Position numbers and translations under genes: made by a program | Part shown: positions 19,871 to 32,417 of the stretch, piece by piece | Layout: every line of letters begins with the position of its first letter | Numbering within the stretch: the stretch's first letter is position 1 | Notes under the pieces: model-generated | Databases searched by the model: none | Seen by the model: only the letters and a program-made list of their open reading frames with translations | Told to the model about the DNA's origin: nothing | Origin: the human T2T-CHM13v2.0 reference genome, Homo sapiens | Length of the DNA: 64,000 nt | Direction: 5' to 3' (one strand) | Assembly: GCF_009914755.1 (NCBI RefSeq) | Contig: NC_060942.1

Positions 19871-22800
19871 AATGTAGAAATCCTCTTCCAAGTTATCTCA
19901 CCCGATTACTCTGTTTTGGACTTTTCTAGGCAGTTCACTGTGTTGAGCCCAATAATTTGCAGGCTGCTACACGGATCTAATATTTCAGTTACAGGCTTTC
20001 ATGCTACTCAGATGTATAGAATTGTAATTTTTTGAAAACTACAACTTAATTTCGGATTGCATGCTTGTTATGTCCGAGGTAAAATTTTAATCTGGTTCTT
20101 TGCAGAAAGATTTTGTCAATTTGTCGATGTCTCTGTCATGTCAGCTATAAACTTGGTCCAGTGGCTGAGCCCTGCCCCTCACCACCACTTCTTCCCAGGT
20201 GGCACCTAGATGCCAGGGGATATCAAGGGATCAGGGAAGAGGAGTGTCTGCCTACACCTGTCAATTGGCACCAACGGGTGTCCTGGTCATGGTCGTAGTC
20301 GCTGCCTCTGTCTCTGCCACTCCTTGTCCCTGTGACTTTGATGGTCAGGGCCACAGAGGAGGCTGGTGTCTGAGTCTGTCCCCTACTCAGTTACTGGCAG
20401 TGCTCATTCTCCTGTCACTGGGAATCAGCTGTGGTCTCCTGGCATGGCCCTACAGAGTGACTGCAGAGGGACATGTGCTTCCCTTGAGGTTTCCCTGCAC
20501 TCAGTGGGCACAAGGCTGCTGGACATGCAGGCTAAGCCTCCCCTCGCCTGCTGGAAAGTGGCAGCCCCCTTCCTGTCAGCCTCTGTCTGGGTCTCAAGGC
20601 CTCCCTTTCAAACCTATAAGTGTTGCTACCAGACAAGGGCAAGCCACATCTGGTGATGCAATCTCTTGGCATTCCTTCCAAAAGTTGTTATTACCACCAT
20701 CGCTGATTTGAAACAAGTTTCTGGTTGACATTTTCAGCAGAGGTTATCAGGGAGGCATGCTGTTTTCAGTACTTTTTTGTTTAGAAGGCTTTGCCACTCC
20801 GGTGACTCTCCTGGACAGATGTTGCATTTATGCCTAGACTCTGTGTGAGGCCCACAGCAGATGTCTCCAGAACATGCCCCTCCATTCCCTGCCCTGGGCT
20901 GCTCTGCTTCCCAAGGGAGATGGCTCATCCCACCTACTCCGCACACCAGATTGATGGGGACACATATCCTCGAGATGGAATCCCAGGGGTTTACCTACAG
21001 CCTTTCACTGGAACACAGGCTTTTTATCTGTTAATGCCAGCAGCATCCTAAATACAAAGCCTGAAATGACTGGATTTGAACAAATGGTTTGCTGATGAAT
21101 AGTTGTATCTGAAATCCTTGTCAAAATTTCTATTAGTTGAGAATTTTCTATGTGTTGGGTTCTTTCATATTTTATTTTATTTTATTTAACCCCTACAATC
21201 ATAGATGAGCAACTGTTTTACAGCATAAGAAAATGGCATTTATTTTACAGGTGACAAACTGAAGCTCGAGGTGTTTTGCTGCAAGTGTGAGGTCTCTGGC
21301 CCAGCAGGCAGTGAATGGGGTTTTGAACTCAGGACTGTCCTTCTAGCCATGCTCTCTTCATTGCAGCCTTTGGGCCCCAAGGAGACCAGGTTTCCCCTGA
21401 TCACGTTTTTGTTATTGTTTTATTTTTCCTCCTGTATACTCAAGGGAGCATGTTCAATCGCCAACCTTCTATGTTATGTTTTAAAACTGTGTCCAGTCAG
21501 CCCTGGGAATGTGAGGGAAGGGGGCTCCCAGAGCCAGGGCAGCCCCGGGAGCCAGGACCTGTGCCATTTCAGCCAGAAGTCTCCTCCTTTATCTGACTTA
21601 TTTATTGAATTTCCACATATAAGAAACATTTCTACCACTTAAAAAATGTCAGGGATAGTATGAATGAAAGAAAGGCACAGGTGATTTGAAACCTTCATTT
21701 TAATCAGTGTTTTCTATTTCTTTTATTTTCAAAGCCTAGGATTGAGCCAGTAACAAATTGCCTAACATAAATCAGCATTATGGAACTTCTGTCTCTCTAT
21801 TCTCAACTCTTTTTGCCTTATATTATAAGAAAACGTAAAAGGAGTCAGAAGAAAAGCAGAGAGCTTGCAGAAATAGCTTGCCACTAGCAACTTAATTCAG
21901 CCCCCAAAATAGGAAATTCACAGCTGGTTAAACATCTGTGGGCCACTGGCGGCTGAGAATGTTCAAACACTTAAACTGTGTTTTCCAGATCAAGCCAATC
22001 CAGAAGTCTTTAAATCACCATAATAACCAGAGAATAGAACTTCCCTGGCTGGCTGTGGGCTCTTTGGGTACAGTTAGCTCGTACCCTCAGCTGCTCAGAG
22101 TGGCCCCAGGGCCTGCTGGACTCTCAGGGCCTGGTGCTGGCATCTGTGTTTCCCTCAGGCTCCTCTGCAGGACATGCCCACGCTGCTGGGAGTGGTTCTG
22201 CTGCCGGTCCCCACCGAAGTCTGGGCACCACGCCGGCTGATGACCATCTGGGCACAGCCTGCAGTCACCTCCTCTCCCCAGAGCGGAATCCTGAGGGAGG
22301 CGCCACCTGGTTCCCGCTGCTTTCCTCTAAAGGAATCGGTCGGTGTTCCATGGAGAGGAAAAGGGAGAGGAAAAGGAAGAGGAGGGAGTGAGAGGGAAGA
22401 AAGGTTTTTGTTTGCCCTTTTGTTTCACTCCTCGCCTTGTGGCCAGGGCACAGCTATGGAGAGGGTGTGTCAGGGACTACCTAAGCGACAGACACCTGTC
22501 TATAGTCACAGCATCTTCACTTCTCCCTTCTCCTTCCTTCCACTATCCTTCAAGCCCAAGGAGCATCTTGGGGTGACTTTTCTTTCCAGGAGAATCCTCA
22601 GGACTTCGTCTCAGAGCTCCATGGAGCACTCTCCTCCAGACAGCGAGAGGTGTGGGTGTGCCGGATCCTCAGGGAACACGGGACGGGAACCTACCTCCCG
22701 TGGGGAGTCACAACCGAAAGAATATCTGCCAATTTGCAAAACTCATCTTTCACTAAGGAAGCAAGCTGTGTACTTTAGAACCCATGTGCAATCCAACCAA

Positions 22801-23329
22801 GAAAAAAGGGCCACGGTGACAGAGGGAAGGCGCGCAGCACGGATCTGCACCCCGGATGCATCTGGTGCAGCTTGTGCCGGGCCTGCTGCATGTGGGCTCG
22901 GTGATGCCCAGACCGAAGCTGCCCCCCTGCACCGCCACTGCACAGCGCAGCATGGCCTGTGGAGCGGGGATTTCCTGCTCAGCCCGCCTCAGGTCCCATT
23001 CCCGCCCCGCTCATCATTTCAGTAAAGGGTTAGTCTCTGGCAGACAACTGGGGAGAACACAGATGTAAGAATGAGACACTGAGTTTCCTCTGAATTTTAA
23101 GACGAAATTTTAAGAACAAACACAATCAAATGAAGAAAGTAAGTTTTGATTAGAAAGTAAAACCGTTTTAATAACATTAACAGGTGCTTTTATTACAAAA
23201 ATGAACACTAATTTATTGTGGTAAATTTAGAAAGAAACATTAAAATACAAAATAAAATAAAAGCTTTCATAATCCCACAATGCAGATATATGCTACTAGC
23301 ATTTTGTTGTGTTCCTATTCTAGGCCTAT

Positions 23330-23710
23330 TAGTTAAGACAGCCCAATTAATTAACAAACAGCCCCTAGGTCCTGGGGACGTCACATAACAAAGCGTGATT
23401 TCTGTCCCCTGCTGCAGTCCAGTGTGGAGGGCTGGAAAGGGGAGGAGGGGCCTCTCCTCCATGCAGCCATTCAGGACCCAGCCTCCTGCCTTCGGGTGGC
23501 TCCATCGCACCCCGGGTGTGGAATTTCACTCTGGTTCCTCAGCATTGGCAGCTGAGAAGGGAATAGAGGTTTAGAGAGCTAAGTATATAGGTATTCTGAC
23601 CACCTTTTCCTGGCCATACTGGACACATGGCTGCATCCAACCACAAGGGAGCCTGGAAAATACAGTGTGCCCAGGAAGGAAAGGGAGCTGGTTAGGCAAG
23701 CACCTAGCTG
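23330..23710 (-). mobile_element. Old MaLR LTR (MLT1J/K-like)
   Basis: catgcagccattcaggacccag, cacatggctgcatccaaccacaagggagcctggaaaat. Confidence 0.5.
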
Positions 23711-24033
23711 GTTTCTGTGATATAAACAGATATAGACATAGGTCTGGAGATGAGCAAGGGGAGAGGCATGGGAATGAAAGTGGGTGCCAGTGTGGGCATG
23801 GATGCTTACAGGTTTGAGTACAGGAAGATATTTTTCATACAAATGTATTTATATTATTGATTCTTTTGTCACTTAAGATATTATGAATATTTTTCTGTCA
23901 TTAAACGTTTAAGAAAGCAGACATTGTAATAAGTGACTGTGTGCAGAGCATCTCTCTTATGTAGGAAAGACCTTGCTCATGCTGCCTTCCAGGCTTGCAC
24001 TTGCCTTGTCTGCCAATCTAGATATCGTGATGG

Positions 24034-24363
24034 TGTTAAAAGATACACTTAGGCATATTGGATTTTATAGTTTATCTGAGCAGACATCGATTCACGAATC
24101 ACACAGTACTGGGTGGTAAGTGGGTATCACTCCACTGCAGGGTGGAGAGAGAGATGGTGAGAGGTGTTTGTGGAAGAAATACAAGGAACACAGCTTTGAC
24201 TAGGTAGTGACAGCCCCTAGTTAGAGGTCAGTTGGTGGTTTCCAGTTGCCAAAGTCTCTAGTTTCATTTTACTCCTTATGTTGGGCTTCGGTTTGCTTAC
24301 AGAGGAACCTAAAACCCTGGGTCTGCCTCAGTCTAATGGTCTTCCAATTAATTTTTTTTTGCA
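24034..24363 (-). mobile_element. ERV1 LTR remnant (MER31/MER67-like)
   Basis: tgttaaaag...agtttatctgagca...cgattcacgaatc resembles the reverse of this family's 3' end. Confidence 0.5.
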
Positions 24364-24474
24364 AGTGTGACTGCAAATGTTTTTTGGGTCCACCTGGACC
24401 GGAGAATTAATGGATTTTCTGATTCAGGATTATGTAAAATCAAGAAGATTAGGTTAAAAGAAAACAATCCATCA

Positions 24475-24920
<446 letters not shown>

Positions 24921-25689
24921 TAGGTCTGGCAGTCTTCCTTTACAGAATACGGCAAGAGGCAGGAGTAATTAATTATAAATGCAGAATAAATATTTGCACA
25001 TATATAGATTAGAAATAATGTATAGATATAACTATGGTGGAATTCTGGTGTTACCGACCCAGTTCACCTCTCTGAGGTTAAATAACTTATGGCACATCTC
25101 CACGAGAGGGTAGTATGCTGCTGTACAAAAGAATGAGAAAGTTCTCTATATACTAATGCAGAAAGGTCTCCAAGATATGTTGAGAAGTGAAAAAAACAAG
25201 GTGAAAAAATGTTATTTGTGTAAAAAAGGGTACGACAAGAATATATATATATAATCTACATTTTCTTATATATGCATACAGAATCTGGAAGGACACACAA
25301 GCAACAAATAAATATCATTACCCGTGGGAGGTGGGAAGGTTGGCAAGTTGGTGATGGGAACAGCAGTGAGAAAGACTCCACAGTGCTTTTTAAAATATCA
25401 TGTGATATGTTACTATTAAAAAATAAAATTAAAACAAACAAACTGCACATGACATTTGTCTTGAAAGTAGTCTGAATGCTGAGAGTCACACTCTTAAACT
25501 CGACGGCAAAAGCAAGATAGCCAGGACCCCTGGCTGTATTCCTCCTTGTGGAGGAGGTTCTGCAGATGGTGAGTGGGTAGTGACACTTGGGTCTCGGAGA
25601 TGGAGGTGAAGCTTTGAGATTGTTTGCCAACAGGATGAAAAATGTTTTCACCCATACAGTGTGTTCAATTTGGGCCCTTATTTGAGGAT

Positions 25690-25860
25690 GTCAACACTTA
25701 CTGAGTGTGCGATGTTTGCCAAGGGCTCTAAAAGGATTAATCCTCAAAGTAAACAAAAGAGGAAGGTTCTATGGTTATCTCCATTTCATGTGTGAGGAAA
25801 CCGAGGTGCTGAGCCTTCGCCCAAGGGTCTCAGGTGGCTGGCAGCCAAACCCTGACAGCC
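25690..25860 (-). mobile_element. MIR fragment
   Basis: atctccatttc...gaggaaaccgagg...gcccaagg. Confidence 0.55.
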
Positions 25861-27044
25861 TACTCTGTACTTCTTTCTTCTCCTAAGAAGCAGTGCAGTA
25901 CAAGACGTGCTGGGCCTGTCTCCAAACAAGAGGAGCTGCATTTCTCATGCCCAACTCCCTCTCCCCTTCTTAGAAGGTCAGGTGGCCACCAGGACGGAGT
26001 CCAGGAGGAAAGAGACTCCATGCTGACTGGCCAGGGGGCCCACAGCCCCAACGGGAGAGACCTTCTCAGCCCACACGTGGTCCAGCAAGACCCCAGGGGT
26101 GGGGCTGCGGAAGCTGATGCCAGGGCCCTGCACTAATCAACTGTCAACACTTGGACACTTGTCCACACTGTGCTCTTGAGCTGCCTTTTTAACCTGCACT
26201 GAGAGAGTAACTGTTCAACAATTTGAAAAGAAAGGCCCAGGCAACATCCATGTCTTCTCCTAAGAGAGATGGTTAACTTGAACCTTGAAGAAAGAATATT
26301 TGTTCCCAGAGTTTCCTCTGTGATGGGAGACAGATCTAGCCATTTCTTCCCTGCTCGTGGTAACCCTGTGGGGAACCTTGTTGCTTTAGCCCAGGAGCCG
26401 ACAGACAACAGCGCTGAGCTCAGAATACGCCCCCGATCACAAGGATGCCTCTGTGCAAGGGAACTTCCGTTGCTACAGAGATTTTTCTGCCTGCAATCCT
26501 GTAACTATGTAGAGCATGGTGAGGACCAGCCCTTCTCCCAGCAGAATGCTGGCCACGTGTGGGCAGACCGTCTTTGTCAGGCCTGAGCTGTTGGGCAATG
26601 AGGGTTTGAGAGCTGTTGCAGGTTCTGCCACTTCTCTACTTGGAAGATCCCCCCAGCAACCCCCATATTGCATCTTCATCCTGTGACCCTAATGGAACTT
26701 GCTCAGGACTCTTCCACGATAATTGTAAAAAGTGCACTTCATTTGTTAAAGTTTTCTTGCTACTTCTGTATCCCAGAGACAGAATGATTCAGTGGCATTT
26801 TTCCATGTTTTAGTATTTGGAAGGCAAGATGCTCTGCAGAGAACTCATGCTTAGTGGAGCCGATACCATTGGAAATTGGGCCTCACAGAAAAACCTATGC
26901 GAGCTTTGTTTGGGAGAAGAGTCTTAACATAGGAGCAAATTAACTTTCTTCCACCACTAGGGATCACACACACATACTGTATGCTGGCCTGTTTAAAGAA
27001 AAGAATCACAAACTGAACATAAGTAGTCTCTTTGTAAGGTCTTT

Positions 27045-28420
27045 AAAAAACAGCTTTATTTTTTCACACACCATACAATTCACCCCTTTAAGGTGTACAT
27101 TCAATGGTTTTTAGTATATTTACAGATATGTGCATCCATTACCACAGTGAATTTTAGAACATTTTTACCCCCTGAAAAAGATATCCTCTGTCCTTTAGCT
27201 ATCATTGCCTATTTCTCCATTCCCCAAACCCTACCCCTATGCAACTACTAATCTACTTTCTGTCTCTATAGATTTGCCGATTCTGGATATTTCAAGTAAA
27301 TGGAATTGCATAATACACGGTCTTTTGTGCCTGGATTCTTTGACTTAGCAAAATGTTTTCAAAAGTTCACCCACGTTGCAGAGTGTGTCAGCACTTCTTT
27401 CCACAGCCGAATATTATTTCATTGCATGGATATACTACATTGTGCTTTTCCATTTGTGAGGTGATGGGCATTTGTGAGGCAGGAGAACAGGGTCTGGAGA
27501 TAGGGAACCTAAGGCCAATTCACGCTGACTTCCTGGAACTGGCTCAAAAGGAAATCCCACCTCTTCATACCCAAGAGAAAAGGGACCATAGGCCATTCCT
27601 CCTACAGACCCTTCCCCTCCACTGCCACAATTGGGAAGTACCTCTGATTGGCTGTGGGCTAATCCTTCATTTGCATAAGATGCCAACTCACTTCAGCCTC
27701 TTTGCTTCAGCTTCTAACTGGCCTCGGGCAAATCCTTCATTTACATAGGGTGTAACCAACTGGAGACCTCTGTTACCAAACTCTTTTAGCTTAATAAAAA
27801 CCCTAAAGAGCATCGCAACTGGGGCTCTTGTGCCACTTGCTCCAGCCGCTCCCACCCTCTGGAGAACACTTTCACTTCAATAGTCTGGGCTTTTGTTGTT
27901 TCATTCTTTCATTGCTTTGTGCATTTTGTTCAATTCTTTGTTCAACACGACAAGAACCTGGACAACTCACCCTCAAGACTATCTATCTGGTAACATTTGG
28001 ATTGTTTCCACCTTTTGGCCATTATAAATAATGTTGCTGTAAACATTTATGTACACATTTTTATGTAGACGTATGTTTCAATTCTGGAGAGGCATTGTTG
28101 GGTCACACAGTGGCTCTGTAACCATCTCAGGAACCACCAGTCAGTTTTCCAAAGAGACTTCAACATTTTCCATTTCCACCAGCCGTGTATGAGGGTTCTG
28201 ATTTTCCCACCTTCTCCCCAGCATTTGCTATTGTCTGATGTTCTGGTTCTGGCCAACCTCGTCAGGGCAAAGTGGACTCTCATTGTGGTTTTGGTTCCAT
28301 TTCCCTGAGTCTGATGATGCTGAGCATCTTTTCAAGTGCTCATTTGTGTATCTTTTTTGGAGCATGACATTTCAGATGCTCGGTCCATTTTTTAATGTGG
28401 TTATTTGTCTTTTTCATGCC
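27045..28420 (-). mobile_element. L1MB-like 3' fragment hosting a solo LTR
   Basis: actactaatctactttctgtctctatagatttgcc; the host is continuous across the LTR (gatgggcatttg|gattgtttccac). Confidence 0.8.
27475..27995 (+). mobile_element. Solo ERV1 LTR, MER51-like
   Basis: TG...CA ends (tgaggcaggagaacagggtctggag ... ctggtaaca); 4 bp TSD TTTG; CCAAT-type boxes, ATTTGCAT octamer, AATAAA at ~27793. Confidence 0.8.
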
Positions 28421-28469
28421 ACCGTTTCTGTGGTACTGCTCCTGCATTCTCTTTTAATTGTCCAGTGAC

Positions 28470-29980
28470 TGTACTTTAATTTCTGGAAATTACACTTGGT
28501 ACTTTTCTATGATTTCTATCTCTTTATTGATACTCTCTATTTGATGGGATATTGTTTTTATACTTGACTTCTTTACATTACAATAGCTGTTTTAACATCT
28601 TTGTCTGTTAAATCTGACATCTGGTTGCTCTCACAGGCAGTCTGTGTTGCAGCTCCCTGACCCCCATGCTGTGGGTCATTCCTGTTTTTTTAGCATGTCT
28701 TATAATGTTTTGCTGGGAACTAGGTGCTTTAGATAATACATGCTTTTGAACTAGATATTTTAGATAATAAATTGTAGCAACTCTGAGTACTGGCCCTATG
28801 CCTCTCCCTTTCGGGAGCTTGTTATTGCTATTTGTTTATTTGTTTAGTGTCTGTCTGAAATTTTTTTTTTTTTTTTTTTGAGACAGGGTCTTACTCTGTC
28901 ACCCAGGCTGGAGTGTAGTGGCTTGACCACAGTTCATCGTAGCCTTAAATTCATAGGCCCAAGTGATCCTCCTGCCTCAGCCTCCTGAGTAGCTAGGACT
29001 ACAGGCACGTGCCACCACACCCAGCTAATTTAGTTTTTTTGTAAAGATGGGGGGCGGGTCTCACTATGCTGCCTATATTGGTCTCGAACTGCTGGCCTCA
29101 AGGGATTCTCCCATCTCTGCCTCCTAAAGTGCTGGGATTACAGATGTAAACCACTGCACTGTGTCTGGATTATTTTAGAGCAGTCTCTTCCTCCATCCCA
29201 CCCAGGAGTGTTCTGTCTCTAATGTTCTCAGGGGGTGCAGACTTGGGTTTGCCCACTGTCACTCTGGGATGACAGTGGTTTTGACAGGGCTGTCTGAATG
29301 TCTCGGTCCCTGAGTACACTCAGCTCTTAAGCACCAGTAATTGCTGACTGATTTCTCTATTGTTCTCAACAATGCCCTGGGGCATAAATTGCTCCAGAGG
29401 GGAATCTACTCACATTCTCCTCCTTTGAAGGATTTTTCCCAAGGTCAATGACTGAGAGTAATTCCAAACTTCAGGAAGGCTGGCCCTGCCTCTACCCTGG
29501 GCTCTCTCAGCCTACAGGGCTGCGGGAAGTTGTCATTCTCCCAGTTACCTTTTGCTACAACTTCCATTGTTCTTCTTCTTAATATATTTATTATTTTAAA
29601 ACATTTTTCAGTGACTTCGAAACTTCGCTGTTCTTGAGAGTACTTGGATTTCTCTGCACTCTGTTGAAGATGCAATCAGTTTCTTTGGGACAAAAATTAG
29701 GAGATATTTGTTTAATGGGTTTCTTCTCCCTCCAGGCAAAATCTCCCAGCCAGGGCTCTGGTTGTTGAGTAGGGACAATGGTGAATTATCTCTAGATTAC
29801 CATCCAATCTTAGAGCTGAGTGTGCAGGGAGGGAGAAGCAGTGACGGAGAAGGGACAATGGCTTCAGGTGTTCTTGGGCTGCCTGCCCAGGCCTGGAACA
29901 AAGCTGAGCAAATGGGCGCTACCCCAGACATGGCCCTTTGTTTGCATGTGGAGCTTCCCAGCATCCCAGGGCATCAGCAT
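28470..29980 (-). mobile_element. Old L1M 5'/ORF1-region remnant
   Basis: tttctatctctttattgatactctctatttgatg...acaatagctg..atctttgtctgttaaatctgacatctgg. Confidence 0.5.
28861..29160 (-). mobile_element. AluJ
   Basis: Poly-T followed by a diverged reverse Alu. Confidence 0.88.
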
Positions 29981-30284
29981 CCCAGGGCATGAGCTCTGGG
30001 CCAGACAGTGACTTGGAGCGGACTACGGACTCGGGCGCTCACTAACCTGAGTTGGGTAAGTTTATTAGTCTCCTTGTTGCATAACACAGTTCCAAAGCTT
30101 AGCTGCTTAAAACAACACACATTTATTATCTCAGTTTAGTGGGTCATAAAACTGGACATGGCTTCGCTGGATCCTCTGCTGGATCTCAGGATTAAAATCG
30201 AGGTGTGGACTGGACTCCATTCTCATTTGAGGCCCAGGATCTGCAGGATTGAGAACTTCGCATTCTTGCACAGGAAATAGAGAT

Positions 30285-30596
30285 CCCCTTGCAGCTCCCA
30301 GAGGTCCCCCTCAGCTTTTAGGGGCCCTGCACATGTCCTAGAGGCCCCTGCAGTTCATAGAGACCCCTACAGTCCCTAGAGGCCCCTCTGCAATTCCTAG
30401 AACCCCTCTGCAGTCCCCAGAGGCCTCCTACAGTCCCTAGAGGCCCCTCTGCAGTTCCTAGAGGTCTCTGCAGTCCCTAGGGGCCCCTCTGCAGTTCCTG
30501 GAGGACCCAGCAGTTCCTAGAGGCCCCTCTGCAGTCCCTAGAGGCCCCCCGACTGCCCTGCAGTTCCAAGAGGTCCCCCTGCAGTTCCTAGAGGCA
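30285..30596 (+). repeat. ~18-20 bp minisatellite (gcagttcctagaggcccc), left block
   Basis: More than 10 degenerate copies read directly. Confidence 0.9.
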
Positions 30597-30600
30597 CTTC

Positions 30601-31417
30601 TGATAGAGGCAGGAGGCAGAGAAATTCTAGGCAGACAGGGGTGGGTCTCTGGCAAAATCCCACCTTTGAGCCAAAAAGCCTGAAACCCAGGACCCAAAGT
30701 GAGAACTTGTATCCCCATTTGGCTGCTCTTTCCCAATTGGTTCTTTCTGAATAATGTCTTTTTACCAATTGAATGTTGCCTTTTCCAAAACTACCTGCCT
30801 TGCCCCTCACCCTTTGCCACTGCAGACTCAGTAGGTAGAGAGAGAGAAGCTTGACTGGAGAGAGGTGACTTGACTTCAGAGGGACTGCTGGACTTCAGGG
30901 GAAGATAACCTGCCTGTCCCATCCCTTCTCCAGCTTCCCTGTCCACTGAGAGCCATTTCCATCGCTTAATAAAACTCTCTGTCTTCACCATCCTTCAAGT
31001 GTCTGGGCAACCCCATTCTTCTTGGATGCCAGCCAAGAGATCGGGACCCCCCAAGTGTGGGTACCCAAAGAAAGGCTGTCACACTGGTCCTTTGCCCTCA
31101 CTGGCAGAGGGCAGCCACCCCACACAGTGAGGCAAGGGGCCCACTGAACTGATAACACACTGCTGTCCACGGAGAGTGGAGCTAAGAGAGCATTATAACA
31201 TGCCCTCAGGGACTTTGGGGATCACAGGCACCCCCACCTGGGCACTACCGCAGGGTCTGCATAGAGCTTGCTCCTGCTGGCACCCAAAGCAGCTGGCTGG
31301 ATCCTGCACTCACTTAATCACGTGCTCCCTTCCACAGGGGGTTGAGCGCTGTGGGCCGAGTAAATGTGGAACCCCCATTGCAAATTCGACAAAGTGGTTG
31401 AGAAAAATCCTGCATCA
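30601..31417 (+). mobile_element. Solo ERV1 LTR, LTR27-like (LTR1/27/28 group)
   Basis: tgatagaggcaggaggcagagaaattctagg ... aaaaatcctgcatca; 4 bp TSD CTTC (30597-30600, 31418-31421); AATAAA at ~30968. Confidence 0.82.
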
Positions 31418-31421
31418 CTTC

Positions 31422-31566
31422 TGTAGTACCTAGAGGTCTCCTGCAGTCCCTAGAGGCCCCAGCAGTTCCTAGAGGCCCCCAGCAGTTCCTAGAGGCCCCC
31501 AGCAGTTCATAGAGGTCCCAGCAGTTCCCAGAGACCCCCAGCAGTTCCTACAGGCCCCAGCAGTTC
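31422..31566 (+). repeat. Same minisatellite, right block (cagcagttcctagaggcccc)
   Basis: About 7 copies read directly. Confidence 0.9.
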
Positions 31567-31654
31567 TTTGCCATGTGGGGTTACCCAGCATATTCACTTA
31601 TTTCATCAAGTCAGAAAGCAGAGGCTCTCTAACATGTCTGCTAGCAAGATTATG

Positions 31655-31855
31655 TTTTTTTTTCTTTTAGTAACAGGGTCTCTGAGTAGTCTAGAGCACA
31701 TGCCACCGTAACCAGCTAACTTATTTTTTATTTTTTGTAGAGATGAGGTCTCCCTATGTTGCCCAGTCTGGTCTTGAACTCCTAGGCTCAAGCAATCCTC
31801 CCACCTTGGCCTCCCAAAGCACTGAGATTACAAATGTGAGCTCCCATGCCTGGCC
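31655..31855 (-). mobile_element. AluJ with internal right-arm deletion
   Basis: Left arm intact; right arm jumps from agggtctc to tgagtag. Confidence 0.8.
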
Positions 31856-32004
31856 AAGACAGGGTTTTAGATAATGGACTGTAATCATGAGAGCAACCTC
31901 ACATCACATTTGCCACATTCCATGGGTTAGAAGCAAGTCACGGTCCTATCCATACTTCAGGGGGAGGGGTTCTGAACACCACCTTAGAGTCTGCCTGCCG
32001 CAGA

Positions 32005-32180
32005 AGTTACTATCTCTGAACTTCAGCTTTTTCACCTAAAAACATGAGGCCAATAATACACCTGCCCTTAGGGTAGTCGTGAGGATTAATGCATGTAGAG
32101 CTCTTTGAACAATACCTGGCTTGTAGCAACTGCTCCGTAATAGATAGGTACTATTATTATTGCTGTTATTATTTGTATTA
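32005..32180 (+). mobile_element. MIR
   Basis: tctctgaacttcagctttttcacct...gtgaggattaa...cctggcttgtag...tattattatt. Confidence 0.7.
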
Positions 32181-32411
32181 TTATTACTAGATATCTTGCT
32201 ACAGCCACATAAACATCAGCAACTCTGACCACGTTTCAGAATTCACTGACTGGTTTGCTCGTGCTTCTCAGGGACTCCTAACCCATGCTCTTCTCACCAT
32301 AGCTCAACACATGTGTGGCTGCAGGGGCAGCTGCGGTGTTTGCTGAACTTCTCTTGTCTGTCCATGACCTGGTGGGAAAATGAGGAGAGGAAGAGGAAAC
32401 ATCCTTCCTTT

Positions 32412-32417
32412 TTTATT
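32412..32417 (-). terminator. MC2R: Distal polyadenylation signal AATAAA of MC2R
   Basis: tttatt on the plus strand; its position fits the expected gene end. Confidence 0.7.

Larger units (their letters stand above)
30061..32002 (-). mobile_element. MLT1 (E/F/G-like) MaLR LTR, split by a minisatellite, a solo LTR and an Alu
   Basis: gcttaaaacaacacacatttattatctcag at the left; gttagaagcaagtcac...ttagagtctgcctgccgca at the right. Confidence 0.75.

Noticed and set aside
19390-20035. ORFs of 86-135 aa in the CpG island as a possible processed pseudogene
   Set aside because: No recognisable protein in the frames read, and no poly-A tail or TSD
22174-23025. 283 aa plus-strand ORF, the longest outside MC2R
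   Set aside because: Alternative start codon, low-complexity P/R/S/G composition and no recognisable domain; expected by chance in GC-rich DNA
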